A stretch of DNA of 64,000 nucleotides, taken from assembly GCF_006345805.1 (NCBI RefSeq), contig NC_042999.1:148366001-148430000 (forward strand), given 5' to 3'. This DNA is from Octopus sinensis. Lineage: Eukaryota. The notes beneath the pieces were generated by a model. That model was not told the DNA's origin. It saw nothing but the letters and a program-made list of their open reading frames with translations, and searched no databases. A program made the position numbers and the translations under genes. Positions 38,833 to 50,749 of the stretch are shown here, one piece after another. Positions within the stretch are counted from its first letter, which is position 1; the number at the start of each line of letters is the position of its first letter.

Positions 38833-39131
38833 GTTAGGACTATTATCCACTGCTGTACCTTTAAAACCATGAAATGAGGCTGCTATTTCCAGCAGGTTGA
38901 TCAGCTACATAAAGGCATGTTGTTGGTGTGTATGGTTATTAAAAGTAAGGAAATTATGAAATATTTAGAAAAAAATCTTATAGAACATATGTAGCTCATC
39001 CTGAATACAGACTCCTTGGATGAAATGTTCAACAGAAATTATATATGGACTGAAGCCAACTAGAATCTTTTTATTTTGATATCTTTGTATATTTTCACTA
39101 AAATGAAATCACCAACAACTTCTATTTACAG

Positions 39132-39242
39132 ATAACCTGAGTGTTAATTTGATGAATTTGGCTCCAGCATTGCAGGGCAGTTGTATTTCAAAGTTAAAAA
39201 ATGACCAGAAGAAAAAAGTTGCTGTACTCATATCTGGCTCAG
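39132..39242 (+). CDS. GART: GART exon, AIRS-GART linker and start of formyltransferase: (D)NLSVNLMNL...KKKVAVLISGS(G)
   Basis: VAVLISGSG PurN motif; tacag| and |gtaata. Confidence 0.94.
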
Positions 39243-39402
39243 GTAATACATATATTTTCATTGCCATCAGGCATGGCTGAATGGTTAAGAAACTTACTTC
39301 TCATCATGTGAGTCTTTGGTTCAGTCCTACTGCACAGTACCTTGGGAAAGTGTCTTTCTCTTATCTTAGCCTCAGGATAACCAAAGTCTAGTGAGTAGAT
39401 TT

Positions 39403-39703
39403 TGTTTGTTCCTTCTCAAGCCACGCCTGGCTCATAAGGGCCTGTTTCCCGGTTTCCTTGGAGTATAGGTTCCCCACCTGGATGGGACACTGGTCGGTCG
39501 CAGGTGAGCTGCAAGATGCAGGAGGAAAGAATGGCAGAAAGTTGTGGCGAAAGAGTCAGCAGAAGTTCGCCATTACCTTCTGCCAGAGCCGCGTGGAGCT
39601 TAGGTGTTTCGCTCATAAACACACACATCGCTCGGTCTGAGATTCGAACCCGTGATCCTTCGACTGCGAGTCTGCTGCTCTAACCACTAGGCCATGTGCC
39701 TCC
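39403..39703 (-). mobile_element. tRNA-derived SINE (H1-like head, tail T3) nested in an older CORE-like SINE
   Basis: Minus-strand ggaggcacatggcctagtggttagagc and gggttcgaatctc; 15-bp TSD ctagtg(a/t)gtagattt. Confidence 0.85.
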
Positions 39704-39982
39704 ACATGGCCTAGTGTGTAGATTTGGTAAACAGAAGCTGAAAGAAACTTGTTGCGTTTCTGTCTGTGTGTACCTTTGTCTAGACATCATATGACGGTTG
39801 TAAATGAGCATTGTCATCTTACAAACGAGGTTTTTCATTTCCAGTCTCCCATAAAGAAAATGTTTAGCTATGAGAAAATATTACCTTGCTTGTAAAGCTG
39901 ATTACATAAGCAGTTGTAAAGACAGTTTCAGTTTTGTAATAATTAAGTAGAAATTATTTTTTACTAATCTATTTTATTCCAG

Positions 39983-40119
39983 GGACGAATCTCCAATCAC
40001 TGATAAACTTTACCCAAAATCCACAGAACAATAGCTCAGCTGAGATTGCCCTGGTGATTTCAAACAAGCCAAATGTCGGAGGTCTTAATCGTGCTCAACG
40101 TGCTAATATTCCTACCATG
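39983..40119 (+). CDS. GART: GART exon (GAR transformylase): (G)TNLQSLINFTQNPQNNSSAEIALVISNKPNVGGLNRAQRANIPTM
   Basis: GTNLQ.L and VISNK...GL.RA motifs; tccag| and |gtttgt. Confidence 0.95.
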
Positions 40120-41259
40120 GTTTGTACTGCTATGATCTTTTCTTTATCTAAACATCAACAAATACATTTTTCCATTAGTGCCTTGGATTTAAGAAATCCA
40201 AGCATTTGATTCCTTTATTGTTTAGATGATTTGAGAATTGAATTAAAACAATGAATGTGCAAAATTGCACAAAAAGTGAGTAAATTCGATATCAATAAAA
40301 AATAACTGGGTTATTTCCATTTCATAATTGAACAGTCAGTATTAGGAAAGGCTTCTAATTTAAATATATTTTCTCCATCAGTAAGAAAATATCTAAATTC
40401 TCAATGACGTCTGATATTACAGTATTGACCAGACCATCATATGCTGTTAGACACTGCTGGTCACAATGTGCTTCAAATTCTGTCTTAATTGCACCATTCT
40501 TTTCCATCATGACCCAAGTTGCTTAATTAGATTGTCTTCTCATCATTGTAGAGGCTTTCCAAATAGCCCTTTCCAATCTCTTGAATACCACTCGGCAACT
40601 GTATGGGTCCACCTGTTGTCTGTGAACCTTGTGACATGTCTGGCCCAATAGAACTTGTGCTTTCAGTATTCCATGACCACATAGTTCACTCTGCTCTGTT
40701 GCCAAATTATCTCATTTTGACTATCCTCTCATAAGGCTATTTCTAATATATTCATGGAAAATTCATGTTTTTATAACATAATACAAAATTGTTAGGGCAG
40801 ATGTCTTTCCTATCATTAATTTCTAAAAATATAAAGTACAATTGATAATGATTTCTATGCTTGGTAGATAAATCAAAGCAAGCTATGTGTTGTAACCTGC
40901 ACAAGGACATAAGCAATAGACTAAATTGTCCAGCCTATTGACTACTCAGTCAATACAACTTGTTTTTATGGATCATAACTTGATACATATAATGCCATGT
41001 ATGTAACATCCAGTGGTTGTAAGCTCTTGGAATGCTGTTTGTGATATGGTTTCAATCCCCAGTCGACCAATTTCACTGATTCCTCATACTTTTCTCTCTA
41101 AGTGGCACTGTTGTTACTTCTCTCTCTCATTTTCAGATTTCTTGGAATGTGGTATAGAAAAAACCAAATACCTAGTCTTCAGCAATACAGCACTGCTTCA
41201 TTTTGTTTATATTTTTTTCATTATATATGCAACATTTAACATTTTCATATTTTCTGTAG

Positions 41260-41377
41260 GTCATCAACCATAAGGAATTCAAAAGCCGAGAAGCGTTTGA
41301 TGAATTTGTTCATGAAGAACTTATTCGTGCGAAAATAGAGATTGTGTGCCTTGCTGGTTTCATGAGAATTCTCTCAG
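41260..41377 (+). CDS. GART: GART exon: VINHKEFKSREAFDEFVHEELIRAKIEIVCLAGFMRILS
   Basis: CLAGFMRILS PurN motif; tgtag| and |gtaaga. Confidence 0.96.
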
Positions 41378-42586
41378 GTAAGATCTACAGAAAGCCTTCA
41401 AAGATATTAATGTAATTTGTCTTTGAATGTTTTGTAAACATAGAGGAACTGCTGAAAAGTAAGAGACATGGAGGTACTATCATGAAAGGCTTTTAAATGT
41501 GGAAAATGCACAGAAGAGAGAGTATCTACTAGTCGTAGATCTAACACAAGTTGGCAGCAATATGGTTGATAAAGTATTTAAGGATATGAGGGCAGGTAAA
41601 GCTACTGGTCTATTGGTGATACTCACCGAGATTATTAAAATGTCTAGTAGAGTAAGGTACTCTAACTACCCATATAATCAGTCAGGTAGAACAGGAAGAT
41701 GTTAGTAACTGGAATAGTAATATCATCTTTGACTGCTGTGGAGGCAAAGGTGATGCATTGGATAAGGACATTACAGAGGCATCAAGCCAAAGGATCAGTT
41801 TATGAAAATTATTGAGAGTCATCACGCAACTAATTAGGAAAAGAATTAGCTTAGATGAAATGTAGTTTGACTTTGTGCCAAAAAGTGATACCACAATGTT
41901 TTGACTGTTGTATCATCCAGCATCCTTCAGATACTTCTCATGGGCAATAACATACTCAGAATTTTGAATCAGAATATTTTACCAAATTCAAGGGATTGTC
42001 CTACAGAACAACCTGATAATGAATGTAAGAGATAACATCAAGTGTTCAGTGTAATAGTTTACCCAATGTGTATGAGTTCAGTCTCTGCATTAGTCACACG
42101 CATGCACACATGTGAAGGTGCATGGTCTAGTGATTAGGGTGTTGCGGTTTCAATTCCCAGAGTGATGATTGGAAATAAGTAAAAATTGACAAGAAAGGCA
42201 TCCACCTGGAGAAAATCTGCCTTATAGAATTCCATTTGCCTTATGCAAGCATGGAAAAGTAGATGTTAAAACAACGATGATGAAGTGGAAGAGGAGGGCT
42301 TCTTTCAATTTCTACCCATCAGAAACCATTCACAAGACTTTAGTCAGCTCTGGGTTATAATAGATCTTTGTTGCAACGTACTGCACAACAGAACTGAACT
42401 CAAAAAAGACATGATGAACAAAAACCTGGAATGTCTTTGATCATAGGTCTACTTTAGCAGAGCTGGCTGAGGACTGAACAACACACTCCATGCTTTTTTT
42501 TTAAAGATATATAACCTCATTACTAATCCAATATCCATGTTTGTTTTACAGATGAAATCTATATTTGATTTTTTTTTCATTTACAG

Positions 42587-42726
42587 CTCCTTTTGTAAGG
42601 AAATGGCAAGGGGCAATGCTAAATGTACATCCATCTTTACTTCCATCATTTAAAGGAGCGAATGCACACAAACTAGTGCTTGAAGCAGGTGTAAAATTGA
42701 CTGGATGTTCTGTACATTTTGTTGCA
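42587..42726 (+). CDS. GART: GART exon: (A)[46 protein letters not shown]
   Basis: Catalytic N-x-H in LNVHPSLLP, and TGC.VHFV; tacag| and |gtaagt. Confidence 0.97.
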
Positions 42727-42850
42727 GTAAGTGTTATCACCATTTTTTTTTTTATTGTAGTTTGTAATTTCCTCGTCTTCAACACTATATCTCATGAAAC
42801 TTCACTGTACTTATGATAAACATGTTGAATATATATATATATATATGTTT

Positions 42851-43190
42851 GAAGGCGCATGGCTCAGTGGTTAGAGCGTCGAGCTTACAATCGTGAGGTT
42901 GTGAGCTCGAATCCCGGACCGGGCTGCGTGTTGTGTTCTTGAGCAAGGCACTTTATTTCACGTTGCTCCAGTTCACTCAGCTGTAGAAATGAGTTGCGAC
43001 GTCACTGGTGCCAAGCTGTATTGACCTTACTCTTTTCCTTGGATAACACTGGTGGCGTGGAGAGGGGAGGCTGGTATGCATGGGCGACTGCTGGTCTTCC
43101 ATAAACAATCTTGCCCGGACTTGTGTCTAGGAGGGTAACTTTCTAGGTGCAATCCCATGGTCATTCATGACCGAAGGGGGTCTTTACCCT
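42851..43190 (+). mobile_element. tRNA-derived SINE (head H2, tail T2), young
   Basis: tggctcagtggttagagc and gagctcgaatccc boxes; gttcttgagcaaggcact core. Confidence 0.85.
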
Positions 43191-43944
43191 GTGTGTATGT
43201 ATGTGTATCTGTGTTTGTCCTCCCCACCATTGCTTGACAACGTCTGTTTATGTCCCCATAACTTAGCAGTTCGGCAAAAGAGACTGATAGAATAAGTACT
43301 AGGCTTGCAAAGAATAAGTCCTGGGGTCAATTTGTTCAACTAAAGGTGGTGCTCCAGCATGGCTGCAGTCAAATGACTGAAACAAGTAAAAGAATAAAAT
43401 AATGTTGAATTGCAGTATCACATGATTGACCAAACTATTGGATGTTGTTATACATCACTGGTTACAATACACTTTGCAGTGTTTTAGCTTTTGAATCTAT
43501 TCATTTAATATTGAATAGATTGAGGCATGGCTATATGATTAAGAAGTATGCTTCCCTAGCTTTGGTTTGGGTTCATGTTTCCTTGAATGTCATCTGCTAT
43601 ATCCTCACGCTGAACAAAGACTTGTGAGAGTTGGTAGGCAGAAACTGAAAGAAGCCCATCATATATGTGCATACATGTGTGTTGTCTTGACATAATGCAG
43701 TAGATACAAAAAGAGCACCTCTATCATACAAGCAATGTCCCTCATCATCAGTCTTCTGTGAAAACATGTCCAGCCATAAGGATGTATTGCCTTGTTTAGA
43801 AACGAGTGAGAGTTGGTGATAAGAAAGGTATCTAGCTGTTAAATAAATCTACAACAAATCCCATCTGAGCCATGCAAGCATATAGAAAAGTGGAAGTTAA
43901 AACAGTGATGATGATGTACCTCCAAACTTTTCTAAGTAAATAGA

Positions 43945-44297
43945 CAGGCATAGCTGTGTAGTAAGTAGCTTGCTTCCCAACCACGTTTCCAGGTTTAGTC
44001 CCACTGCATGCCACCTTCGGCAAGTGTCTTCTACTATAGCCTCAGGCCAACTGAAACCTTGAGAATGGATTTGGGAGACGGAAGCTGAAAGAAGCCCAAC
44101 ATGTGTATGTTTGTGTGTCTGTGTTTGTCCGCCCATCATCACGTGACAACTGATGTTGGTGCATTTATGACCCCATAACTTAGCAGTTCAGCAAAAGAGA
44201 CCAATAGAATAAGTACTAAGCTTATAAAGAATAAGTTCTGGAGTCGATTTGTTCAACGAAAGGCAGTGATGACTGAAACAAGTAAAAGAATAAAAGA
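43945..44297 (+). mobile_element. tRNA-derived CORE-like SINE
   Basis: Same family consensus. Confidence 0.8.
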
Positions 44298-44480
44298 AAA
44301 AAAATTATTTTCAAGACTGCTTTTTGGGTAATGAGCCAAAAGTACACTCCTGAAAATAGGAATTAAATGTAAAATATAGAGTTGCCAACATTTAATCTCA
44401 ATGAATAAGTACAACCAGCCATTATTTCAAGCTAGTATACCTTGGTAACATATTCCATGCTTTCAATATTTGTTTTAGGC

Positions 44481-44878
44481 AAGGCGGTGAGCTGGCAGAA
44501 ACGTTAGCACACCAGGCGAAATACGTAACCGTATTTCGTTTGCCGTTACATTCTGAGTTCAAATTCCGCCAAGGTCGACTTTGCCTTTCATCCTTTCAGC
44601 GTTGATAAATTAAGTACCAGTTACACACTGGGGTCGATTTAATCGACTTAATCCGTTTGTCCTTGTTTGTCTCGTCTGTGTTTAGCACCTTGTGGGTAGT
44701 AAAGAGATAGGTATTTTGTTCATCTTTACGTTCTGAGTTCAAATTCCGCCGAGAGGTCGACTTTGCCTTTCATCCTTTTGAGGTCAATAAATTAAGTACC
44801 AGTTATGTACTGGTGTCGTTCTAATTTATTGCCCCCCCTCCCCAAAATTTTGGGCCTTGTGCCTAGAATAGAAAAGAG
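44481..44878 (+). mobile_element. Dimeric SINE (aaggcggtgagctggcagaa family); other copies at about 2890-3110, 19440-19650, 22200-22410 and 29365-29580
   Basis: Internal duplication of ttctgagttcaaattccgcc...gtaccagtt; perfect 14-bp TSD tatttgttttaggc (44467-44480 and 44879-44892). Confidence 0.85.
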
Positions 44879-47136
44879 TATTTGTTTTAGGCACTGATGT
44901 AGTAGCCAGTAGATAGACACCCTCTCAGACTTCTCATTGGCTCAATAAAACGTTCAGGATGCAACAGCTGGAAGGAGAGAGAGGGAGAGATGCACCAGGA
45001 CTCAGCTGGTATCTGTTTTGGTTGCGCAGACTGAAACATGAAATGAAATACCTTGCTTAAGGACACAGTGTCCTGTCCAGTTCAGGAATTGAACCCACAA
45101 CATTCTAATCATTAGCCAAACCCTGTGACCACTAAGTCACAGACCTTCACAATCATCATCATCATCGTTTAACGTCCGTTCTCCATGCTAGCATGGGTTG
45201 GACGGTTCGACCAGGGATCTGGGAAGCCAGAAGGCTGCACCAGGCTCCACTCTTATCTGGCAACGTTTCTACAGCTGATGCCCTTCCTAACGCCAACCAC
45301 TCCGTGAGTGTAGTGGGTGCTTTTTACGTGCCACCTATATCAGTGGATATAGTGCCACAATATCAGTGGATATCCATGGATGTTATATGTACTTTGTTTC
45401 TATTTTAATCAGAATTGATCGATAAGGTCACTCTGCTGTTTGTCTTGAAAATATTACCATCATCATCATTTAGTGTGCATGTTCCATGTTGGAATGGATT
45501 GGACAGTTTAACAGCATCCAACAGGTTAGAAGACTCAAGTGTCTGTTCTTACATGGTTTCAATAATTTCCTAATGCCAACCACTTCATAGTGTACTGGGT
45601 GCTTTTTTGTGTCACCAGCATTAATGAGATCTCCAAGTACCTAACAAAACAAGACTCTTTAACTGAGGAAGGTGGCTTATGCCAGGTATTGATAGGGATA
45701 GGAATGGGTATCTTACTGTAGAGCAGATACACGGCTACGCCCAGCTGAAAATGTAAAGATGGTCATGATGAAATGCTTAGACAATGTACAAGAGGGCAAA
45801 CATGAGAAAGATAGGAACTGAGGAACAAAATAAGCTTGTACATGAGGTGAGCAACTGATGGTTAGAAGTAGGGACATCGGTGATGCAATGAATGGCAAAC
45901 AGGAGCAGAGATATGGTCAATAGCATATATCAGTTATGGTGAAGGAAATAGAAGCAGGACAGAGGCGGGGCAGATGATAAGTGGCAGTGCAAAAAGAAAA
46001 GGGTGGAGTGGAGAGCAGCAGTGTAATAAGACTTTATAGACAAGAAATAAGATGATTTAAAGTGTAGGGAGAGAGGAAGGGATACTCAGTGGTGTGGGTG
46101 GAGATCAGAGGTATACAGGTGAATATTGGTATGGGATGATACTGAGATTGCAACATGGGGAGGTGGCTCTAAGGAAAGCAGGGAACTGATAGCAGAAAAT
46201 TGCAGGGGATGAAATATGGGCACCCTTGCTCTCATTATTATAATTACAACAGCTGAAATAGGGCTGTAATTAGAAGAGTGATGAAAGGATCGGTGTTAAG
46301 AAGATAGGTTGTGGGGAGCATAAACAAAACAACATACTTTAAGGCCCTTGTTTTTACCAAGGTGGATAAGTTTTGAACAGTAAATCACCAATCATCTTTT
46401 AACATCTCCTCCAAAAGGCTCAATGTCATACGATTGCTCTATAATGTAGCCTTTGAGTATAGTCTCCTTTCATACAACCTGATTGACTCTGTGTGTCTAA
46501 GAAGACCATATTCTATACTGCCAGATATTTTAACCCTTTAGCATTCAGATTACTCTGTCAAATATTCATAGTTTTAAATTAATCATGCATTATCTCATAA
46601 CTTCAAGATTTTGATGATATGGTTGTTTTAGCATGACATTGTAGGATAGGTGTGAGAGGCTGGACCTGACCAGTTTGGACAGATATGGCAGGCTTATGTA
46701 TCTGCAGTGATCACCAATCAATCAGGGGCTTTTCCTTCATGATTTTAATTGTCCTGTCTGTCAATTAGAATATCTGGTCCCTCTGTTGAGTTCATGTTGG
46801 GAAGATTATCTTTCTTTCATGCATTTTCCACCCACAGCTGAAGTGTTAATGCTGCCCACCCTGCTGATGAAGAGCATTGACCTGCAAGAGCCTTGTACCA
46901 GTGACACATTAAAAAGCACCCAGCACACACTGTAAAGTGGTTGGTGTTAGGAAGGGCACTCAACCATAGAAACCAAGCTAAATCAGAGGTCAAACCTGCA
47001 TGGAAAACGGGCATTAAAGGATGATGGTGATGAATAATCTTTCATAGTAATGCTTCTATGATTTCATTGCCATTGGTATCAACATAGCTACAGCTTGTTG
47101 ATCAAAACAAATAAAAACTAACTAAGATTTCAGTTA

Positions 47137-47648
47137 CCATAAATCCTCGTGTATAATCCGCATTTTTTTCACAAAATTTAAAGGTCAAAATCCCTAGTGT
47201 GTACTATATATGAGATTAAAAATGAAAATTATTTTCTAAGCAATGTCCGAGTCTCTATTTGCTGTTCGGCAATGTTTATTCAGACGTATTTTGTGATGTC
47301 AGACGCGAAAATACCTTAAGCTAAGCCTGTAAGCAATGAAGTCATAAAAGAATCATCCATAACTTGCAGTAAGCAACATTTATTAAACGTTATTACTGTT
47401 ATTTCTTTATTTTCTGCAAACGAAATGCACAAAAAAGCTACACATTTGCATTATGTTATATATACAATAATAATAAGGTACGTAACCGTATACATTTTTA
47501 CAAACCAAGGACGTTATATAGACCTCCTTGACTCAAGTTAGATAAGGGGTGCGTATTATACACAAGGTTTAGGTCTTTCAGAGGTACTGCCCCCTAAAAA
47601 TCCCCTGCATATTATACTCAAGGGCTGACTATACTCGAGGATTTATGG
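47137..47648. mobile_element. Tc2/pogo-like MITE
   Basis: TA-flanked TIRs ccataaatcctcgtgtataatc / gactatactcgaggatttatgg; subterminal tattatac.caagg repeats. Confidence 0.75.
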
Positions 47649-47795
47649 TATTTGTCTCGTGTGTTTACAAAACAAAAATTGGTGTAATTGTATTAATGCG
47701 TTTGGTCTTGAGACATTGTGTATACTGTCTAAACAAATATGTCACTTCTTTTTCCAATTTATTTTTCATCACTTTTTTTTGTTTTTTTAAATCAG

Positions 47796-47987
47796 CCTGA
47801 AGTAGACTCTGGAGCTATATTGGTTCAGAAATCTGCACCAGTTTATCCTAATGACACAGAAGATACTTTATCAGAAAGAGTCAAGCAACTTGAACACGTT
47901 GCTTACCCTGAAGCTCTTGAGCTTCTTGCTAGTGGAGAGATTTTATTGCAAGAAAATGGTAAAATATTATGGCGAGATTGGTGTTGA
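47796..47987 (+). CDS. GART: GART last coding exon: PEVDSGAILVQKSAPVYPNDTEDTLSERVKQLEHVAYPEALELLASG...WRDWC*
   Basis: VDSG catalytic Asp and L.ERVK..EH..YP motif; atcag|; TGA ends at 47987. Confidence 0.96.
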   Translation, partial: PEVDSGAILVQKSAPVYPNDTEDTLSERVKQLEHVAYPEALELLASGEILLQENGKILWRDWC

Positions 47988-48356
47988 GCCACTTTCACAA
48001 TAGCTGGGAAAAGAATTTGCATTGCAAACAAATGTTTACAGGAAAAAAAAAAAGAAAGAAAAACACAAACTGGTTTGCTTATGAATCTCATTAAAATACT
48101 CAGTTTTGTACCCCATTTTTTTCTCTCTCCTATATTTCTTAAAAGTTTGTTTTAGAGCTTGGATAAAAATAGTGCAATCAATAACTACTTTTTTGTTTTT
48201 TAGGAATTTGGTTAAATAGTCATTTGGTTGGATATGTTCAAACTTGTCTGTTTAAAACAATGAACTGTTTCAGAGTTTATGGAAGCAATACGAATGAATA
48301 TGTATAGTGTTCCATTTTGGATTTGAATTCCAAATTTTTATTTCTAAAAACTTCAA

Positions 48357-48362
48357 AATAAA
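48357..48362 (+). terminator. Candidate polyadenylation signal of full-length GART
   Basis: AATAAA about 370 nt after the stop; an ATTAAA also occurs at 48090-48095. Use is unverified. Confidence 0.4.
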
Positions 48363-48884
48363 AATTGCAAGTTCAAATCCAGCCTGGAACATTGTGTGTG
48401 TTCTAAACCAATACTTTCAAAATGATGTATAACTAGAAATACAAGATGACACCAATGGTCAAGTAAACTTTAATTAGTTGCTGTATTCCCATTGTGATAG
48501 GAAATACATGATTATGGTTGTGTAATTAAGAAGTTAGTGGTTCAGTCCCACTATGTGATACCTTGGGCAAGTGTTATATGTGTGTGTGTGAAGATATGTA
48601 CTAGTTGTTCCACCACCACGTTATTCTAGGTCGAGAGGGGACTTTGCAGATCTGTGGCTGGTGCAAAGTCCCCTCTCGACCTAGAATAACGTGGTGGTGG
48701 AACAATATTGTAGACAGGGCTATTAGAGAAAAGAGACAGGCTTGGAAGGTCTGGAAAAATGGGGGTAGCAGGGAATTGTATCAGACTGCCAAAAGAGAAG
48801 CTAGGAGACAGGTTTATTTAGCCAGAGGGGAAGCAGATAAGAAAATTTGCCAATGTTCTGCGCCGTGAGGACCAAAGACTGGAG

Positions 48885-50108
48885 GTGTTTCGTGTTGCAA
48901 GACAGTGTGTGAGAGAGAATCGTGATGTGGTAGGAGAGAAGTGTGTTCGCATGGAAGATGGTTCACTTGCGCTAAATGAGGATGCAAAGAGAGAGGTCTG
49001 GAGATGCCACTATGAAAGGTTGCTGAATGAAGAAAATGAATGGGATAAAGAGAGTCTGCCGAATGTTGACCCAACAGAGGGACCAGCTATCCAAGTTGAT
49101 AGTTCTGTGGTAGCTAAGGCAATTAGAAGCATGAAGACAGGGAAAGCCCCAGGCCCATCAGGAATCACTGCAGAGATGCTCAAAATGTCTGGTAGTGTCG
49201 GCTATAGCCTAGTCACCCATATAGTAAATCAGGTGATACACAAAGGGGTCATACCCAATGACTGGTGTAGCAGTATAATAGTCAACTGCTACAAAGGTAA
49301 ACGTGATGCCCTAGATACAAATAACTACAGAGGTATCAAGCTGTTGGACCAGGTGATGAAGGTTACGGAGAGGGTCATAGCCCAACTAATTAGAGAGAGA
49401 GTTAGTTTAGATGAGATGCAGTTTGGGTTTGTGCCAGGGAAAAGTACTACTGATGCTATATTCCTGGTAAGGCAGCTGCAGGAGAAATACCTAGCCAAAG
49501 ATAAGCCCCTGTACCTGGCTTTTGTTGACATGGAGAAAGCCTTCGACAGGGTCCCCCGATCCTTTATCTGGTGGGCAATGAGAAAACTAGGGATAGATGA
49601 ATGGTTAGTGAGAGCTGTGCGGGCCATGTATAGGGACGCCGCTAGTAGGGTGAGGGTTGGAAATGAGTACAGTGAAGAATTCCGGGTAGAGGTAGGGGTC
49701 CACCAAGGCTCAGTACTCAGCCTCCTCCTATTTATCTTAGTCCTCCAGGCAATAACGGAGGAATTCAAGACAGGATGCCCTTGGGAGCTCCTCTATGCTG
49801 ATGACCTTCCTCTAATTGCTGAGTCGCTATCAGAACTGGAGGAGAAGTTTCAGGTGTGGAAACAAGGATTAGAATCGAAGGGCCTCAGAGTCAATCTAGC
49901 TAAAACCAAAGTCGTAATCAGTAGGAAGGTAGACAAATCACAAACACCTTCAGGTAGATGGCCCTGCTCGATCTGTAGAAAAGGTGTAGGTAGAAACTCT
50001 ATAAGATGCACCAAGTGTAAGCTATGGACACATAAGAGATGCAGCAATGTCAAAGGAAGGCTAACTAGGAGATGGTTTTTGTATGTGGCAGATGCTCAGG
50101 AACAATAA
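48885..50108 (+). pseudogene. RTE ORF2 reverse-transcriptase segment, bounded by frameshifts near 48845 and 50070
   Basis: 407-aa ORF in the track with RT motifs; continuous with the 48605-48868 and 50072-50749 ORFs in other frames. Confidence 0.9.
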
Positions 50109-50749
50109 ACACTGAAAATGCTCTGAGACCAACTTCCGTCACTTTCCAGGGAGAAAAACTAGAAATAGTTGATAGTTTCCGTTACCTAGGTGACCAAGTC
50201 AGCAGCGGGGGCGGGTGTGCTGAAAGTGTAACTGCTAGAGTAAGAATAGCTTGGGCAAAGTTCAGAGAGCTCTTACCTCTGCTGGTGACAAAAGGCCTCT
50301 CGCACAGAGTGAAAGGCAGACTGTATGATGCGTGTGTACGAACAGCCATGCTACATGGCAGTGAAACATGGGCCGTGATGGCTGAGGATATGCGTAAGCT
50401 CGCTAGAAATGAAGCCAGTATGCTCCGATGGATGTGTAATGCCGGTACTCACACTCGGCAGAGTGTAAGTACCTTGAGAGAAAAGCTGGACCTAAGAAGC
50501 ATCAGTTGTGGTGTGCAAGAGAGACGTTTGCGCTGGTATGGTCATGTGGCGAGAATGGATGAAGATAGTTGTGTGAAAAAGTGCCACACCCTAGCGGTTG
50601 AGGGAACCTGTGGAAGAGGCAGACCCAGGAAAACCTGGGACGAGGTGGTGAAGCACGACCTTCGAACTTTAGGTCTCACTGAGGAAATGACTAGAGACCG
50701 AGACCTCTGGAAGTGTGCTGTGCGCGAGAAGACCCGGCAGGACAAGTGA
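50072..50749 (+). pseudogene. RTE ORF2 C-terminal segment
   Basis: FRYLG, MLHGSETW and RLRWYGHV motifs; TGA at 50747-50749. Confidence 0.9.

Noticed and set aside
42851-42925. Possible tRNA genes (also 20895 and 39630-39703)
   Set aside because: A/B boxes are present, but the acceptor and anticodon stems do not pair and each runs into a SINE body and tail.
45650-46360. Strongly purine-skewed tract, and pyrimidine-skewed tracts at 1200-1800, 30600-31080 and 63650-64000
   Set aside because: Low-complexity decayed sequence with no periodicity or coding signal I could support.
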